A DNA stretch of 63,185 nt, counting the filler, from Dugesia japonica (Eukaryota): NCBI GenBank assembly GCA_001938525.1. It is 3 parts of 3 records of this genome, joined end to end, with 100 filler letters (N's around TTAATTAATTAA, not from the genome) between each part and the next. Parts side by side here need not be neighbours in the genome. Positions count along the whole stretch, not along the records: positions 1 to 28,059 come from MQRL01613513.1; 2 more parts are not named here. One strand, written 5' to 3'. This document shows, piece after piece, positions 1 to 13,015 of this stretch (position 1 is its first letter; each line of letters opens with the position of its first letter). The notes below the pieces were generated by a model. The model saw only the letters and a program-made list of their open reading frames with translations, did not search any database and was not told where the DNA came from. Position numbers and translations under genes: made by a program.

Positions 1-412
1 TTCAGTAATTGGTAGTCTTATTAATTGATAATTACTTATCGAATTTATAAAATACAATGTTTAGGAAAAGAAGATAAAAGTCTAAAATATTTTGATTTCT
101 GAAGATTTAACTTCAATACAAAATTTCACATTTCTCAAACGACTTTGTTAATTTTAGCAAGTTTTATCAAATATTAATTATTAAATAATAATAAAATAAA
201 TATTTAAAAAATACTATTGAATATTAAAATGTAATACATATTCCAAAATATTTTAATTCCATTTCAATTTTAATATATAAAAAACTCAAAGTTTAATAAA
301 TCAATAACTAATGGAGAATGTTATTAATGGTTATCTTATTAATCGTTTAAAATGTTATTTACTCCCAATGATCAACGGTGAATATCCAAAAAATAACTTA
401 ACTGAAATATCA

Positions 413-524
413 TGTTGAGAACAATAACTAAAAATCGATTGTAACCAAAATTTACTTATTCAATTTCAAAAGCAAATCTGCCTCGTTAATTCCGATATTA
501 AAACAAACTCATAATTAATACAAC
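413..524 (-). repeat. 3' LTR, fused directly to RT sequence
   Basis: Near-identical to 3452-3564; starts TGT; at 524 it runs straight into RT sequence, with no PPT or integrase between. Confidence 0.85.
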
Positions 525-1560
525 TTCCTTAGCTACATAACCTCTTTCTGTGATAAAAATGTCATCGACATAACTTGTAGCTTGGAACTTTTTATTTTCC
601 GATAAAACTCTCTCAACTATCTTCGACATAACCTTCGGCAAAATGTTCAACCCGAAGCCAAGCCTAGTCATAACATATAACCTGTCGCCAAACTGTACAA
701 CCTGATAAGTCCACAAATCTTTGTCGATTCTGATTTGTAAGTAAGCCTTGTTGAGGTCCATAACAGCACAATCAGGTTCCAACATACGTCATTCTCTGAG
801 TCTTTCTTGGCAACTAAGAAGTGACCAACCTGGAAAACTGACAATTTGATCATTTAAAAACCTGTAATCAAGTACAGGCCGCACCTTCGTTTTACCACCT
901 TTGACTTGTNNNNNNNNNNNNNNNNNNNNNNNNNNNNNNNNNNNNNNNNNNNNNNNNNNGCCCTCCGCGTCAGCGTGCCATGTTTGTACTGAGGCAACTC
1001 CTTGTCTCTAAACCATTGGAAGTCAGTATCCACGCTAAGACCCAAAACTCTGATATTGTCACCACCTCCCAATCTCTCTATGGGTTTTGATTTCAATCCA
1101 TACCTTTCAAAATGCTCGACAACTTCCTTAGCTACATAGCCTCTTTCCGTGATAAAAATGTCATCGATATAACTTGTATCTTGAAACATTTTATTTTCCG
1201 ATAAAACTCGCTCAACTATCTTCGANNNNNNNNNNNNNNNNNNNNNNNNNNNNNNNNNNNNNNNNNNNNNNNNNNNNNNNNNNNNNNNNNNNNNNNNNNN
1301 NNNNNNNNNNNNNNNNNNNNNNNNNNNNNNNNNNNNNNNNNNNNNNNNNNNNNNNNNNNNNNNNNNNNNNNNNNNNNNNNNNNNNNNNNNNNNNNNNNNN
1401 NNNNNNNNNNNNNNNNNNNNNNNCCAACCTGGGCAACTGACAATTTGATCATTTACAAACCTGTAATCAAGTACAGGCCGCACCTTCGTTTTACCATCTT
1501 TGACTTGTCGCACACTCATGAGCGGGATCATGTTCCTGACTTCACCGTGTTTATTTGAAT
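525..1560 (-). pseudogene. Reverse transcriptase fragments (two overlapping, slightly diverged copies across gaps)
   Basis: KVRPVLDYR, DLNKAYLQI, RLGFGL, Y[VI]DDI in ORFs 498-785 and 854-1531. Confidence 0.85.
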
Positions 1561-1992
1561 CCCATTCAACCAGTATCCCTTCTTGTATTCAGCTCTGTAT
1601 CTCGTCGTTGAACAACTGAGAGTCATCAGAAGCCACCGTGACAGTAATTGTGACAGTATTTTTGACCAATAGGATTTTCCACAGCGAACTTCCATCTGAC
1701 AGTCCATTTACCACTGTCAAACCATGCTGTGAAATAGTTGTCATCAATCAGTAAGTTGTGATCATTCTCTGGTATTGCCGCGCATGTATTTAAAAGTTTT
1801 TCCCCCTTGGTATGCTATTCATCATGCTGACTCTTGAATGCTTGTTTTCCACAATTACTTGAGATTAAATGCTGGAAAATTTAATGGTTATCTCGTTTCT
1901 GAGCAGGATATCATTTCGAATTATGACGTCGATGCCAAACGCTAATTTATCCAACACATAAAACTCAACTGGGCATATGTCTACATCATCTA

Positions 1993-2520
1993 TCACCATG
2001 GATAGATAGTGACTTCACACTTTCCCAGTATATTCAGTGCACTCCCATTCACCGACTCCAAACGCGTACCACACATGCTTTTAAGCTTTGCATGTTTTCT
2101 TACCCCACTCCTTATTAAGGAAACACTACTGTCTGTATCCAACAAAGCACTGAAAGATTTTCTGTTCATTCGTATCCAAACTCTCAGCAAGTCTGTGGAT
2201 GACGCAAAACATGATATGGCTTGAGGAATTTTATGGCCGTCCTCGTTGGCCACCAAGCAGCTTGTTTCATTGGACTCACGCAGCATTTTATAGACACGAG
2301 CCTTGGCAGAACTCACATCACCGCGTCCTCCACGAATTGCTACCGATCCACCCAAATTGGTNNNNNNNNNNNNNNNNNAATTGCCTATTCTCCTTTGTCG
2401 TTTAAAGCCGTCTTGCAATTTCTTCTGATATGACCGACATCGCCGCATTTAAAACATTTGACTAGGCAGTTCTTCTGTATATGCCCTGTACGATTACAGC
2501 CCAAGCAACGGTTGACTTTN
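1993..2520 (-). pseudogene. Gag CCHC zinc knuckles followed by aspartic protease
   Basis: CLGCNRTGHIQKNC and CFKCGDVGHIRRNC; ALLDTDSSVSLI (DTG motif mutated to DTD). Confidence 0.8.
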
Positions 2521-2574
2521 NNNNNNNNNNNNNNNNNNNNNNNNNNNNNNNNNNNNNNNNNNNNNNNNNACATG

Positions 2575-2935
2575 TTTCACAATTTTTCACAACGTCTCTT
2601 ATCAATTGAGTATCTACTTCCTTCTCAGGATACTTTTCTTTATTAGCTCAGCTGTCCTCTCTACTTCGATGTGACATATATCATGTGTCATCTTTATTTC
2701 ATCCAGAGAGACACTTGGATACCCAATTGCATTCACAGTCTTCGTATAACTAAGCCACTTTTTTGGAACCCTCGTCATTGTATCAGCTTTATTTTGTTCT
2801 GACTTTACCAATTTCACTATAACATCTAGCATTTCCTGATCCTTTAACTCTTTTAAAATCTCCAGCCGTCGACGCACGAGGTGTTGTGACAATGTGTGAG
2901 TTTTTACTGTATGTCTATTATTGAAAACCGACTGT
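2575..2935 (-). pseudogene. RNase H C-terminus / integrase zinc-binding N-terminus fragment, out of order
   Basis: VKSEQNKADTMTR resembles the RNase H N-x-AD-x-x-[ST]R motif; followed by HDICHI.VERT, like the first half of the integrase HHCC. Confidence 0.6.
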
Positions 2936-2937
2936 AA

Positions 2938-3438
2938 TCAACGATATACCGTGTCATTGTGTTCTCGTTTCTTCTTGACAATCTTTTGGAAATCAGTTAA
3001 CTCAAAATTTTCATCAAGTCTTAGGATGCATTCATCTTTTATATCACCTGGCAGCGCATCTAGCAGCAACATTGATGCTATAGCATCCATCGGTTTATGT
3101 TCTCCAATAACAATTTTCAAGTTTTTCTTGATGTCTTCAATAGCAACGTCAACGTTTCTATTGCTATCAATAATCACATTTTTTGCATAGCGCCAAGCTC
3201 GTTGTCGACTTATTCCGTAAGTTCTTCTGAGGGCATCCTTGATAAACTTTACATTACTTTTATCATCATGGGGAAGATTTTTCCATGTGTCATATGGCGA
3301 TCCGGTTAAAAACATCGGCAACCAACTTGCTTCATTTTTTTCTTCTTTATCTATTCAAACCGCCAGTTCGAAACGATCAATCCATATTTCCACATCTTTG
3401 CCTTCTTCAAATTTCTTTAATTTCTTCAAAAATTTCAT
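2938..3438 (-). pseudogene. gag N-terminal/capsid region
   Basis: ATG at 3438: MKFLKKLKKFEEGKDVEIWIDRFELAV*IDKEE...WLPMFLTG, one in-frame TGA, continuing into ORF 2938-3321. Confidence 0.7.
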
Positions 3439-3451
3439 GGCCGCGATAGCT

Positions 3452-3564
3452 TGTTGAGAACAATAACTAAAAATCGACTGTAACCAAAATTTATTTATTC
3501 AATTTCAAAAGCAACTCTGCCTCGTTAATTCAGATATTAAAACAAACTCATAATTAATATAACA
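3452..3564 (-). repeat. 5' LTR (TGT...ACA)
   Basis: Canonical TG...CA ends; direct repeat of 413-524. Confidence 0.88.
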
Positions 3565-4121
3565 TGTATTATATAATAATCTATTATAACATTGTAAAAA
3601 TCCAAATAAATTTTTCAAAGGAAAATAACCTTCAAGTTTCTTTTTTGAATTATAAAGTTTCTTTCTTCTGTAAAAACCCATATTTTATCCCATCCATAAA
3701 CATCAACATCGCCTTTATTAATATCTGGAATCCAACCTGATAATTCACCGTATATATTTTTATGAACTTCATTAGTTGTAATTAAATTCAACATTGTTGA
3801 TGATATTTCAGGATCATTAATTATGTCTGCATCTGAAGATCCTAAAGTTAATCTCATCGATTTAAATAAACTTGGAAATCAATTATTTTCTAAAATTATT
3901 TTAGCTTTATGAGCATCTGTAACATCAATCTCTATTTTAAAATATAACATTGAATTACAAATGTCTAATGGATTTGTTGACTGTAAAGATTAAAAAACAA
4001 TATCACCAGAAGACATTAAATTATTAATTGAACCGGATGAAGGTAAAATTCTTACAAAAACATTTTTAAGAAAAAAGTTATGAAAATTAATATTATTATC
4101 AATATTAAGTTTTGTATCCAT
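3565..4121 (-). pseudogene. Decayed Polinton major capsid protein gene (5' part), truncated at the LTR
   Basis: Translates as SGDIVF*SLQSTNPLDICN...MRLTLGS..INDP...STMLN...GELSGWIPDINKG...EGYFPLKNLFGFLQCYNRLLYNT. Collinear with the MCP at 29635, with 30/49 identical residues over MRLTLG..DINKG. Confidence 0.88.
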
Positions 4122-4499
4122 TTTGTTTAATGATAAAACAACAAAAACCAGAGTATTAGTGATTAGTACGAATATGATTCGACATTTTTGGCTTATTAAA
4201 TGTGCACTGATATTTTTATTGTGAAGCCAAAAAACTACAACTCAAAACTACTCTGGAAATTGACTTTCTTTATTATGCCTCTGATTGGCTGGAAAAATTT
4301 TATTTAACTCGGTAAGTTTTGAGTTAAAAAGTTATCTTAATTTTTCTCTTCTTTTTTGAGTTTTTCAGGCCCCTTTTATAGTCGATTATGGTTCCAATTC
4401 CATCCTCATTGGTTATTCGTTCTGGATTATTCGACTGATTTATTCCAAGAAATACTCAGTTTTCACGAAAACACAACAATTTTCTGGTAATTTTGTTTC

Positions 4500-4820
4500 G
4501 TTCTACTTATTAATTTTTTATAGATTGATTGGGTTATGTCCCAGCAATAGGATACAAACTAGCAGAGAAACGTGATACGAGTCAGACGTTTCAAAGAGAA
4601 CTAAAGAAAACAATTCAAGAGTGACTAATAATAGAGAATTGAAAGTAGGATATTATGTTCCCATCAAGAAACAAGAAATAAAAGCCAAAACAGCCTTGAA
4701 AGTCCTTATCGAATAATTGAGAAATTTCACGAAGATGGTATGCTGTACAATGAGAAAATTAAAAGCGATTGAAGAGAAATTTGGAAAACTTAGAAAGTTT
4801 CTTAAGGGGATAAGGAAATA
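4500..4820 (+). mobile_element. Degenerate LTR-retrotransposon integrase C-terminus with possible PPT
   Basis: KVG.YV...ESPYRIIEK (GPY/F-like) followed by purine tract AAGGGGATAAGGAA. Confidence 0.35.
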
Positions 4821-5626
4821 AATAATTATGAAGAATTTAAACCAAAAAAAATTGAATAAAATAATTATATTTATGAAAATTAGTTATATTACCATGTTGA
4901 TTTATCTTTGATAATTTTGAATAAAAATGTCTGAAGTTATTAATTCTGATTTTTAAAATAAATTATCTTTGTAAGATTTACCCACACAAAAGAGTTATGC
5001 TATAAACCGCAAGACCTAGAATAACTCGGGTGTAAAATGTTCTAAAGAATCAACAAATCCGATCTAAATGTTTACTTTTCGATTAAGCAAACTATTTTTA
5101 GATCAAAAAGCAAATGATTCATATTTGTTAAAAGAAATTTTGAATTAGCGATTCAATAAAAAATGGAAATCGCTATCTTTAAAAGAAATTTACTGATTTT
5201 CACTGGAACTGAAATTATTAATGTTATCAAAAATTTTAATAAAAATTGTTGATTTAATTTAGTCAGAAATTAGTTTAATTTTTNGATCGATTCCATATTA
5301 ACCATGAATTTACAAAACTCTTGTTAGTGAGTAGTTTATTTATCATCAACATGAATAGGTTGCTTAATTTAAACGAATCAAAGAATTGATAAAATTTAAA
5401 TACTAGTTACAAAATGTTGAAGCAATCAACAACTGCAGTATTTACTGAATTATTGATTTTTAAGCAGTTGGAAATTTCCAATGCATTGTTATTGTTAATG
5501 ACGACATAATCAACAATCTATTTCACATGCAGTATTAATTGGAATAGGAAAACTGAATGCAATCAATAATATTAAATTAATGGAAATATTTGCATTAATG
5601 TAATTACTACAATAAAATTCATTTTC

Positions 5627-5810
5627 ATGGCTCCTTTAATAATAAATATCGATGAAATTATTGATAAGCTTGTTGACTTGCGTCATAGTACAATTGGAAA
5701 AATGGCCTTGTTATCTGAAGATGAAATTAGAGGACTTTGTATAAAATCAAAAGAAATTTTTATGTCTCAATCTGCATTTTTGGAATTAGAAGCACCATTA
5801 AAAATATGTG
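5627..5810 (+). CDS. PP1: Serine/threonine protein phosphatase 1 catalytic subunit, exon 1
   Basis: MAPLIINIDEII...EIRGLCIKSKEIFMSQ..LELEAPLKIC; GT donor at 5811. Confidence 0.93.
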
Positions 5811-5866
5811 GTAAAGTTTTCAATTTATATCTTTTAGTAATTTCTAATAATTTGATTTTATTTTAG

Positions 5867-6416
5867 GTGATATACATGGTCAATTTTATGATTTATTAAG
5901 ACTATTTGAATATGGAGGATATCCCCCAACTGCGAATTATCTTTTTCTTGGAGATTATGTTGACAGAGGTCAACAATCTATCGAATGCATTTGTCTATTA
6001 TTGGCCTATAAAATAAAATTTCCAGAAAACTTTTTCATGTTGCGAGGAAATCATGAAAGTGCAATTATTAATCGAATTTATGGATTTTATGATGAATGTA
6101 AACGTAAATATACTATAAAAACTTGGAAGCACTTTACTGATTGTTTTGACACATTACCTGTAGCAGCAATGGTTGAAGAAAAGATTTTCTGTGTTCATGG
6201 AGGATTATCTCCTGAATTAAAAAATTTTCAACAACTCAGGGATGTGATTAGACCAGCAGAAATTCCTGATGAAGGATTAGTCTGTGATTTAGTATGGTCT
6301 GATCCAGAACGAATGACTCAAGGATGGGGAGAAAATGACAGAGGTGTTAGCTACACTTTTGGGGAAGATATTGTGGAAAAATTCTTAAAAGCTCATGATC
6401 TTGATCTTATTTGCAG
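5867..6416 (+). CDS. PP1: PP1 catalytic subunit, exon 2
   Basis: TTTTAG acceptor; GDIHG, GDYVDRG, LRGNHE, HGGLSP, WSDP, NDRGVS; ends ICR with GT donor at 6417. Confidence 0.95.
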
Positions 6417-6487
6417 GTAGAATGCTTATAGATAAATCTTAATAAATTGAAATTATTTAAAAGTATTTAAAGAATTTTATGTTACAT

Positions 6488-7735
6488 TACGTCATTCGGA
6501 AAGTAATGGTGGATTTCGAGACCAAACTTTAAATTATCATAACTAAGTTTTATTAAAAATAGACACCATCGGAATCAATAATAAATTTTTGCCAGTGTGA
6601 TAAAGGTTTATTGATTCCCATTTGAAAAAAAATCTGGATTTCTAGAGTTAATAAAATCTTTGAATGCTGTTTTGATATATCATTGATTCTTTTAACACTT
6701 TATACTTTAAGAAGATATCAAGATGTTTAAATAAATGGAAATATAGGAGCCAGGTCTGGTGAGTATGGTGGGTAAGGAAGAGTTTCATATCCGAACTTAT
6801 GCCGTTTTTGTACAACCATTCGTGAAAGAGGGGGACGTGTAATCGTGAAGCAGCATTTGAATCTTTCGATTGACTAAAACCGGCTACTTCTGCACCAATT
6901 TTTTGTACATTTCCGCGAACAGCTCACAATACGGTTATGCAATGATTGTTTCGCCAGACCAGATGTTAGAAAAGTGAATAACTCCCGCATAGACATCTTT
7001 GGATGGAGCTTCATTATTGGGAACTTTTTAAGGGAATCATAAATTTATAACCATTGTGCAGAAAGTTTGCGGTTATTATAAATAATCCACTTTTCATCAT
7101 AAACAATGATGCAATCCAAGAAGGAATTGGTAGAATATCTTCTGAGGAGGAATGTTGCTACTTCTAGTCTCATTTTTATGTGGATTTCCGTAACATTGTG
7201 CGGAATTCATATATTCAGTTTCTTGACTTGGCCGATCAGCTTAAGATATTCGAAGACAGTTGATTGTGAAACACATATCTTTTCTGCTTTCTCTGATACA
7301 CTTTGCCTTGGGTCTTCCTGGACTATTTGTTTCAAAATGACATTATCAACAGCAGATGTCGTTTGGTTCTTTCTTTATATTTATGAGACTCATTCCTATT
7401 CGAATTTTCTGGAACCATCTCAGTACGGTACGCTAGGCTGCAGTACTATCTCCCTAAGCTTTTTTTACATTTCCAATTGTTTCTGTTACATTGTGACTGA
7501 GTTTCATAAATAATTATTTCAATTTCATAAATAATTATTTCGATTTCATAATTATTTATTCGTGAAGTATAGTAGTACAAAGAGCAACTCTGTCGTTCAC
7601 ATATAACTAAAAAGTAATCTTTTTTCCTTGAAAACATTTCCTTATAGATAACATGATTGTTAATTATATTAACATAAAAATTCGATTGAAAATAGATATT
7701 CTTGAAATTCTGAACTATTACTTTCCGAAGGACTG
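6488..7735 (-). mobile_element. Degenerate mariner element in PP1 intron 2
   Basis: Imperfect TIRs (GTCATTCGGAAAGTAAT / ATTACTTTCCGAAGGAC), ~1.25 kb apart; minus strand PYPPYSPDLAP at ~6747-6778. Confidence 0.75.
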
Positions 7736-8149
7736 AAATTACGTATTGCTTATTTACAAAAGCGAGACTTCATCTGATTCCTTCCTCAAAAAAAGTATAC
7801 ATGCATTGTCGGTCAAAATTTCGATGAGTTGACCTATAATCATCAAGATATGCCCAATTCATTTCGGGAATTCCAAAGAAATTTTGAGGTTCCAACTTAT
7901 GTTTCAATGATTAGGATCGAAATTGCTGAAAACAATCGGCTAACCAGAACACATCCCACTTTACATAGACCATCAAGTATTTAATATAAAAGATTCTTAC
8001 AACCGGTAATTTCCCACATCTCATCTGCTTTCACATACAATTGCTTGTTGACTTCTTTCCATATTGGCGGCCGTATCGTTATTTCTTCCAAAATGTGTTA
8101 ACATGTGGCATAGTTGCCACAATTTTTAAAACTTTTGAAATTTTATGGA

Positions 8150-9455
8150 TAAAATTGAGCATCGTGCACAAATAAACAAACATACACTACTGGGTTTTTC
8201 ATATATTATAATTATAATTATTGCGAGAATAATTTTTGGACTTAAACATTGATTGCATTTGAAATTTCAATAAAATAAAGTAATACCTTCAATCAAATTA
8301 AATTGTTGTTTTATAGATATTCAAATTTTCGGCCATTGTCTTCTTCTATTCCTGAAAAAGACAAAAGCCGAAAATTTGAATATCTATAAAACAACAATTT
8401 AATTTGATTGAGGCTATTAATTTAATTTAATTTCATATATTAATTGAAATTTTTAAAAGCTATTATAAAAAATCACATTTTTTGAAATTTTATGAGTATA
8501 TATTGAGCATCACTCAAAAACAAACAAACATACACGACTGGATTTTGAATACATTAATTGAAAATTTTTGAATACTTTTCTTGGTTATTTTCTGAATTAT
8601 TTTTATTAAACCGTTCAAATTATTTAAAATTTGTAATCTTCATTAAATTTTCAACAAAATAATTATAAATCTGTATCATTAGTTTTGATGTTGAAAACTT
8701 AAAGTTTTGAGTATTATTTTCGAAATTTAGTCGTTTTATTTTTATTTTTTAAATTATCTACTTTCATAAATTTTTCTTTTTTAAAAAAATTTTCCTTGAA
8801 AGATTTAAAATTTTCATAAATATTTTTAAAAGTATCATCATTGAAGTTAATCATTTTTGATTACTTTTCTTGATCACTTTTAGAATAACTTTCATTAAAT
8901 TTTTCTATTATTGTAACTTTAATAATTTTTAAAATAAATAAAGAAACAAACATACACCAATGTATGTTATAATAATTTAAATTTTTAGACAAATAATAAA
9001 AAATCACAATTTTTGAATTTTTTTGAAATTTGTTGAATAATTTTGATCATCACGCATAAACAAAAAACGAAACAAACAAACATACACCACTGGGTTTTGA
9101 ATATAATAATTTTAAATTGTAAAACTTATAATAAAAACAATACAATTTTAAAGTTTTTTGGAAATTTTATGAATTATATTGAGCATCACGCATAATCATG
9201 CAAACAAACATACACCACTAGGCGTTCATATAATTATTAATTAATTGAAATTTTTTGTACTTATAATAAAACATAATTTTTAAATGTATTAAAGTTTTTT
9301 GAATAATATTGACATCACGCACAAACAATCAAATAAACATACACCACTGGGTTTTTAATATTAGTTGGATTTTTAAAGGCCTATAATAAAATATAATTTT
9401 TTGAATAATATTGAGCATCACGCAAAAACAAACATATACCGCTGAGTTTTTAATA
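8150..9455. repeat. Degenerate tandem repeat, ~7 copies of core TTGAGCATCACGCA-(CAAA)n-CATACACCACTGGGTTTT
   Basis: Cores near 8155, 8502, 8945, 9043, 9179, 9309, 9411; the last copies are spaced ~100-135 bp. Confidence 0.75.
8289..8411. repeat. Perfect 45-bp inverted repeat with 33-nt spacer (hairpin/MITE-like)
   Basis: 8289-8333 is the exact reverse complement of 8367-8411. Confidence 0.9.
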
Positions 9456-11039
9456 TATTAATTTTCGTTTTATGTTATTGAAAAATTCTCTTTTCAATGC
9501 GATTCAGAAACGTTATATATACTCGCTTCAAAATCGTTCGTGCCTCCTACACATTTTTTTTGCGTCCACTCAATGGTGAACTTGAGGAGGTCCCACTTTT
9601 GGCGGTATTTTAAGAAAATTTCTTCCGGCATCTGATACCGGCTCATTTAGAGTAGCTCCCAGCTTTTTTGGTCTCAGAATCTGATTAAGAATTCATTAAA
9701 ATGTTCAATCCCGGCTCGTCATTTAATAAATTTTCTCTCCATTATCTAAATTCATAAAATTATATCTTGTTTTAAAATTAATGAAACTGTTGCCTCACAA
9801 AATTTGGCCGTATTTAATTTTGTATTTCTCGAGCAGTTGTCGGAAAACGTTATTTCCACGTAATTGTCCTAATAAACAAAATGACGACTTCTCGATTCTG
9901 GTCACTTGGTTCACTTCCCGTGGGCGTATATTGTTCGTTTTAACATCAAAATGTGCGAAAGGTGTAGTCTATTGAGATTTCTTTAAACGGTTGTTCTGTT
10001 TCTTTTCATTCTTATGATATTATAATTTATAATTGTTCTAACCTTTTATTTGATTTATTTATAACTTTTTTTTCAGGAATTTGTGTTTCTTAATCAATTT
10101 TTTAGTGATTAATTAATTTATTTATTTATTTATTATTTTTTATCTTTAAATTTTGAGTCATTTATTTTATTCTTTTTTGGGAGTTCATTTTGTTGGTCTT
10201 TTAATATTTGGTTATTTATGTTTGGATTCTACATATATTTATGACAAAGTTTATTCTCGGTTGGGTTTTTATTCTCGTCTTTGACTTTCAGCCTATTTTT
10301 CTTTATTTATTCGATTTATTGTTTTTCCATTTATTATCTTTTCGATAATTATTTCCTTATTTGGATATACTATTTTGATAATTTCTTATTTCTTAAATTT
10401 ATTTGTTTATTTACTCAATTTATTCTCCTTTATTTTTTATATCTTCAATGTTTGTTTTATCTTAGTTATTACCTTGAAAGGTACTAGTTTTTGTGTTCTT
10501 TTCCTTATATTTTGTGAACATTTACACACTCACTATTCTATTGTTTGGTGTTTGATATGCTATGCTATCTATTTTTTTGTTGTGTTCCTTGCCTCTCAGC
10601 TTTTCTTATTTTTATTTTATTTTTTCTGTTTATTTCATCATTATTGATTAATTTACATTTTGTTGATTCATTATTAATTGTCTTTATTTTTGTTAATTTC
10701 TTTTTTCCTTTATTTTTAATAATTATTTCCATTTTTCTAGTAGTTATTATGAGTACGCCATTTTCTTTTTGTTTGTTTTCTTTTATTTAATAAGTTGTAT
10801 TCTAGGCTTTTTTTCTTTTCTCCCTCTATTATTCCCAAATTCTTTTTTCTTCATTTGTTTCTTTTATCAATTAATTTATTTCCTTTTAGTATATTTCTAT
10901 TTTCTGTTGTATAATCAGTTCTTCTTTTTTATTGGTATTATTGTTTTATTGCACCGAGACTTATTTTGCCATGTTTTAGTCCAACAAATACAAAAGGACA
11001 CGATATATTTATCAACAGAAATTTCTGAAATTGGTAATG

Positions 11040-13015
11040 AAAACATGTATTTAAAAGAAATAATATTATATTAAGTTAATATACAACATCAGCCCTTATC
11101 AATCATGTGAAATTAAAACATGGAATAGTATTGAAACGTTAGACTTAAAATGAATCTGAAATTGAATTACCCTCAACTCCATACAAGAAATTAATCTACA
11201 AAGCAGAAACTTCGACAATATTAAAATATATTAAAAGACAAAGTTTGGATGAAATAGTTTACCGATCGGTAGCTACAGATGGTTTTACTGTGAATAGTAT
11301 CACAAAAGGCCAATTTATTAGAGAATTGATAGCTAATCGAGGTTATTCTTTGCCTTCAAGTCTAACTACAAACATGAATTTAGTTATTTCATTTTTCGAA
11401 AAAATTAAAATGGAACAAATTAAAATTATCGGAAATGTAAAACACAACAATAAACGATTTAGCATAACTCTCGATGGGTGAAGAAACGTTGCAAATAAAC
11501 GATACTTTAATATTAACTTGCACTCGAAATCTAATTATATTCATCTTATGCTTGTGATAATTCCAGGGAAATGTGATGCCAAAGAAGCACAAAGAATTGT
11601 TGCGGAACATTTCGCTGAGTATAAAATTGATTTTGGAAATGATATTGTTTGTTCCACAAGCGATGGAGCCCCCGTAATGGTAAAATTTGGAAAAGACAGT
11701 CCAGCTGAGTTTTCTATTTGCCATAACCACGGAATCCACCTCGCTCTTTTAGATGTTTTATATAAATCTAATTGATAATATGATGTTGATGTTAGTGAGC
11801 TTAATAATTTTTTGGATGACGACAACAATATCATTAATGAAGATATTAATGAAGAGAACTGTGGATACAACGATGATGAATTATTTGATACACATGTGCA
11901 CAGTGCTACAAAAGAAATAGTGAATGAAAGTTATAATGATGTTGTTTAAGCAGTTCGAATAGTAGTTCAACTTTTTAGAAACTCACCACTAAAAAACTCA
12001 TTTTTACAACGATATGTCAAAGAAGAATTTGGAAAATAACTTTCCTTAAAATTAGATATTAACACTCGATGGAATTCTTTAGAAGCCATGATAGAAAGAT
12101 TCGTAAAGTTATCTAAATATATTAAATTTGCTCTTACTGATTTAGATGCAGCTGAAATATTTAATGTAAAACATTTGAAAGTTTAGGAAGACATTTTAAA
12201 AGTCTTATCGCCATTAAAATTGGCAGTAGAAGCATTAGATAAAATAGATGCAACATTTTTATCAAGAGAACTTGTATTTACTTTTATTCTTTATAAACTC
12301 CATGAAATTAAATCTACATTGAGCATAAAAATGATACAAAATCTTAAATGTGCCAATGGTTTCTCTCAACATATTTACATGATCCAAATTCTATGAAAAA
12401 AAATAAATGGCTGGAATATTCTTCTGAGAAACAAAAACTTGATTACGCAAAAACTCAAATGAAACGTTTATTCCCTAATAAATCAGCTGTTGATAATATA
12501 AATGATAATGGAAACGATCATGTTATAAATCAAAATAATAATGAAATAAAATCGATGAAGTTAGAGTTTTACTCTGCTTTGAACAAATTAAATGAAACCT
12601 CTACGGAAACTTTTAAATCAATGCAACAACATAACCATTTTCAAAAAGAATTCAAATTGTTTGAGGCAACAGGAAAGAGGAAACCTAATTTAGAATTACT
12701 ATATGAAGCTTTCCTAACAATTAAACTTACGTCGATTGAAAGTGAGCGTACCTTTTCAACTGCTAGTTTGTTTGCTACAAAATTACGCTCTAGACTAGAT
12801 GAAAAAGCATTAAATGCTATTATTTCATTAAAAAAACATAATAAAGAAGAAAAGAATAAAGAAATATAATGTAATAGTATTAATAAATGAACATTAAATA
12901 GTACTGTAGTTATAGTTATAGATTTTTTAATGTTTATTTTTATATTTTTATTTCAAAGTTTTGGAACCTATTCGATTATTCGAATTTTCAAAATGACGAA
13001 TATTTAGAATCCCTA
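11040..13015 (+). mobile_element. 5'-truncated hAT transposase pseudogene in PP1 intron 2
   Basis: BED remnant TSALINHVKLKH, SITLDG, CHNHGIHL (CxxH), TRWNS (~12064), SIESERTFS; probable right TIR GAATCCCTA at 13007-13015; many stops. Confidence 0.85.

Larger units (their letters stand above)
413..3564 (-). mobile_element. Defective, internally rearranged Ty3/gypsy-like LTR retrotransposon with ~113-bp LTRs
   Basis: Direct repeats 413-524 and 3452-3564 (TGTTGAGAACAATAAC...AATA[C/T]AAC[A]) bracket minus-strand gag, zinc-knuckle, protease and RT fragments. No matching TSD seen. Confidence 0.85.

Noticed and set aside
7106-7513. 135-aa plus-strand ORF
   Set aside because: Antisense to the mariner transposase relic.
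8150-9455. CRISPR-like repeat-spacer array
   Set aside because: Eukaryotic intron, degenerate repeats, irregular and mutually similar spacers, no cas genes.
10281-11074. Phe/Leu-rich membrane-like ORFs
   Set aside because: T-rich low-complexity intronic sequence, probably the antisense of a decayed A-rich element.
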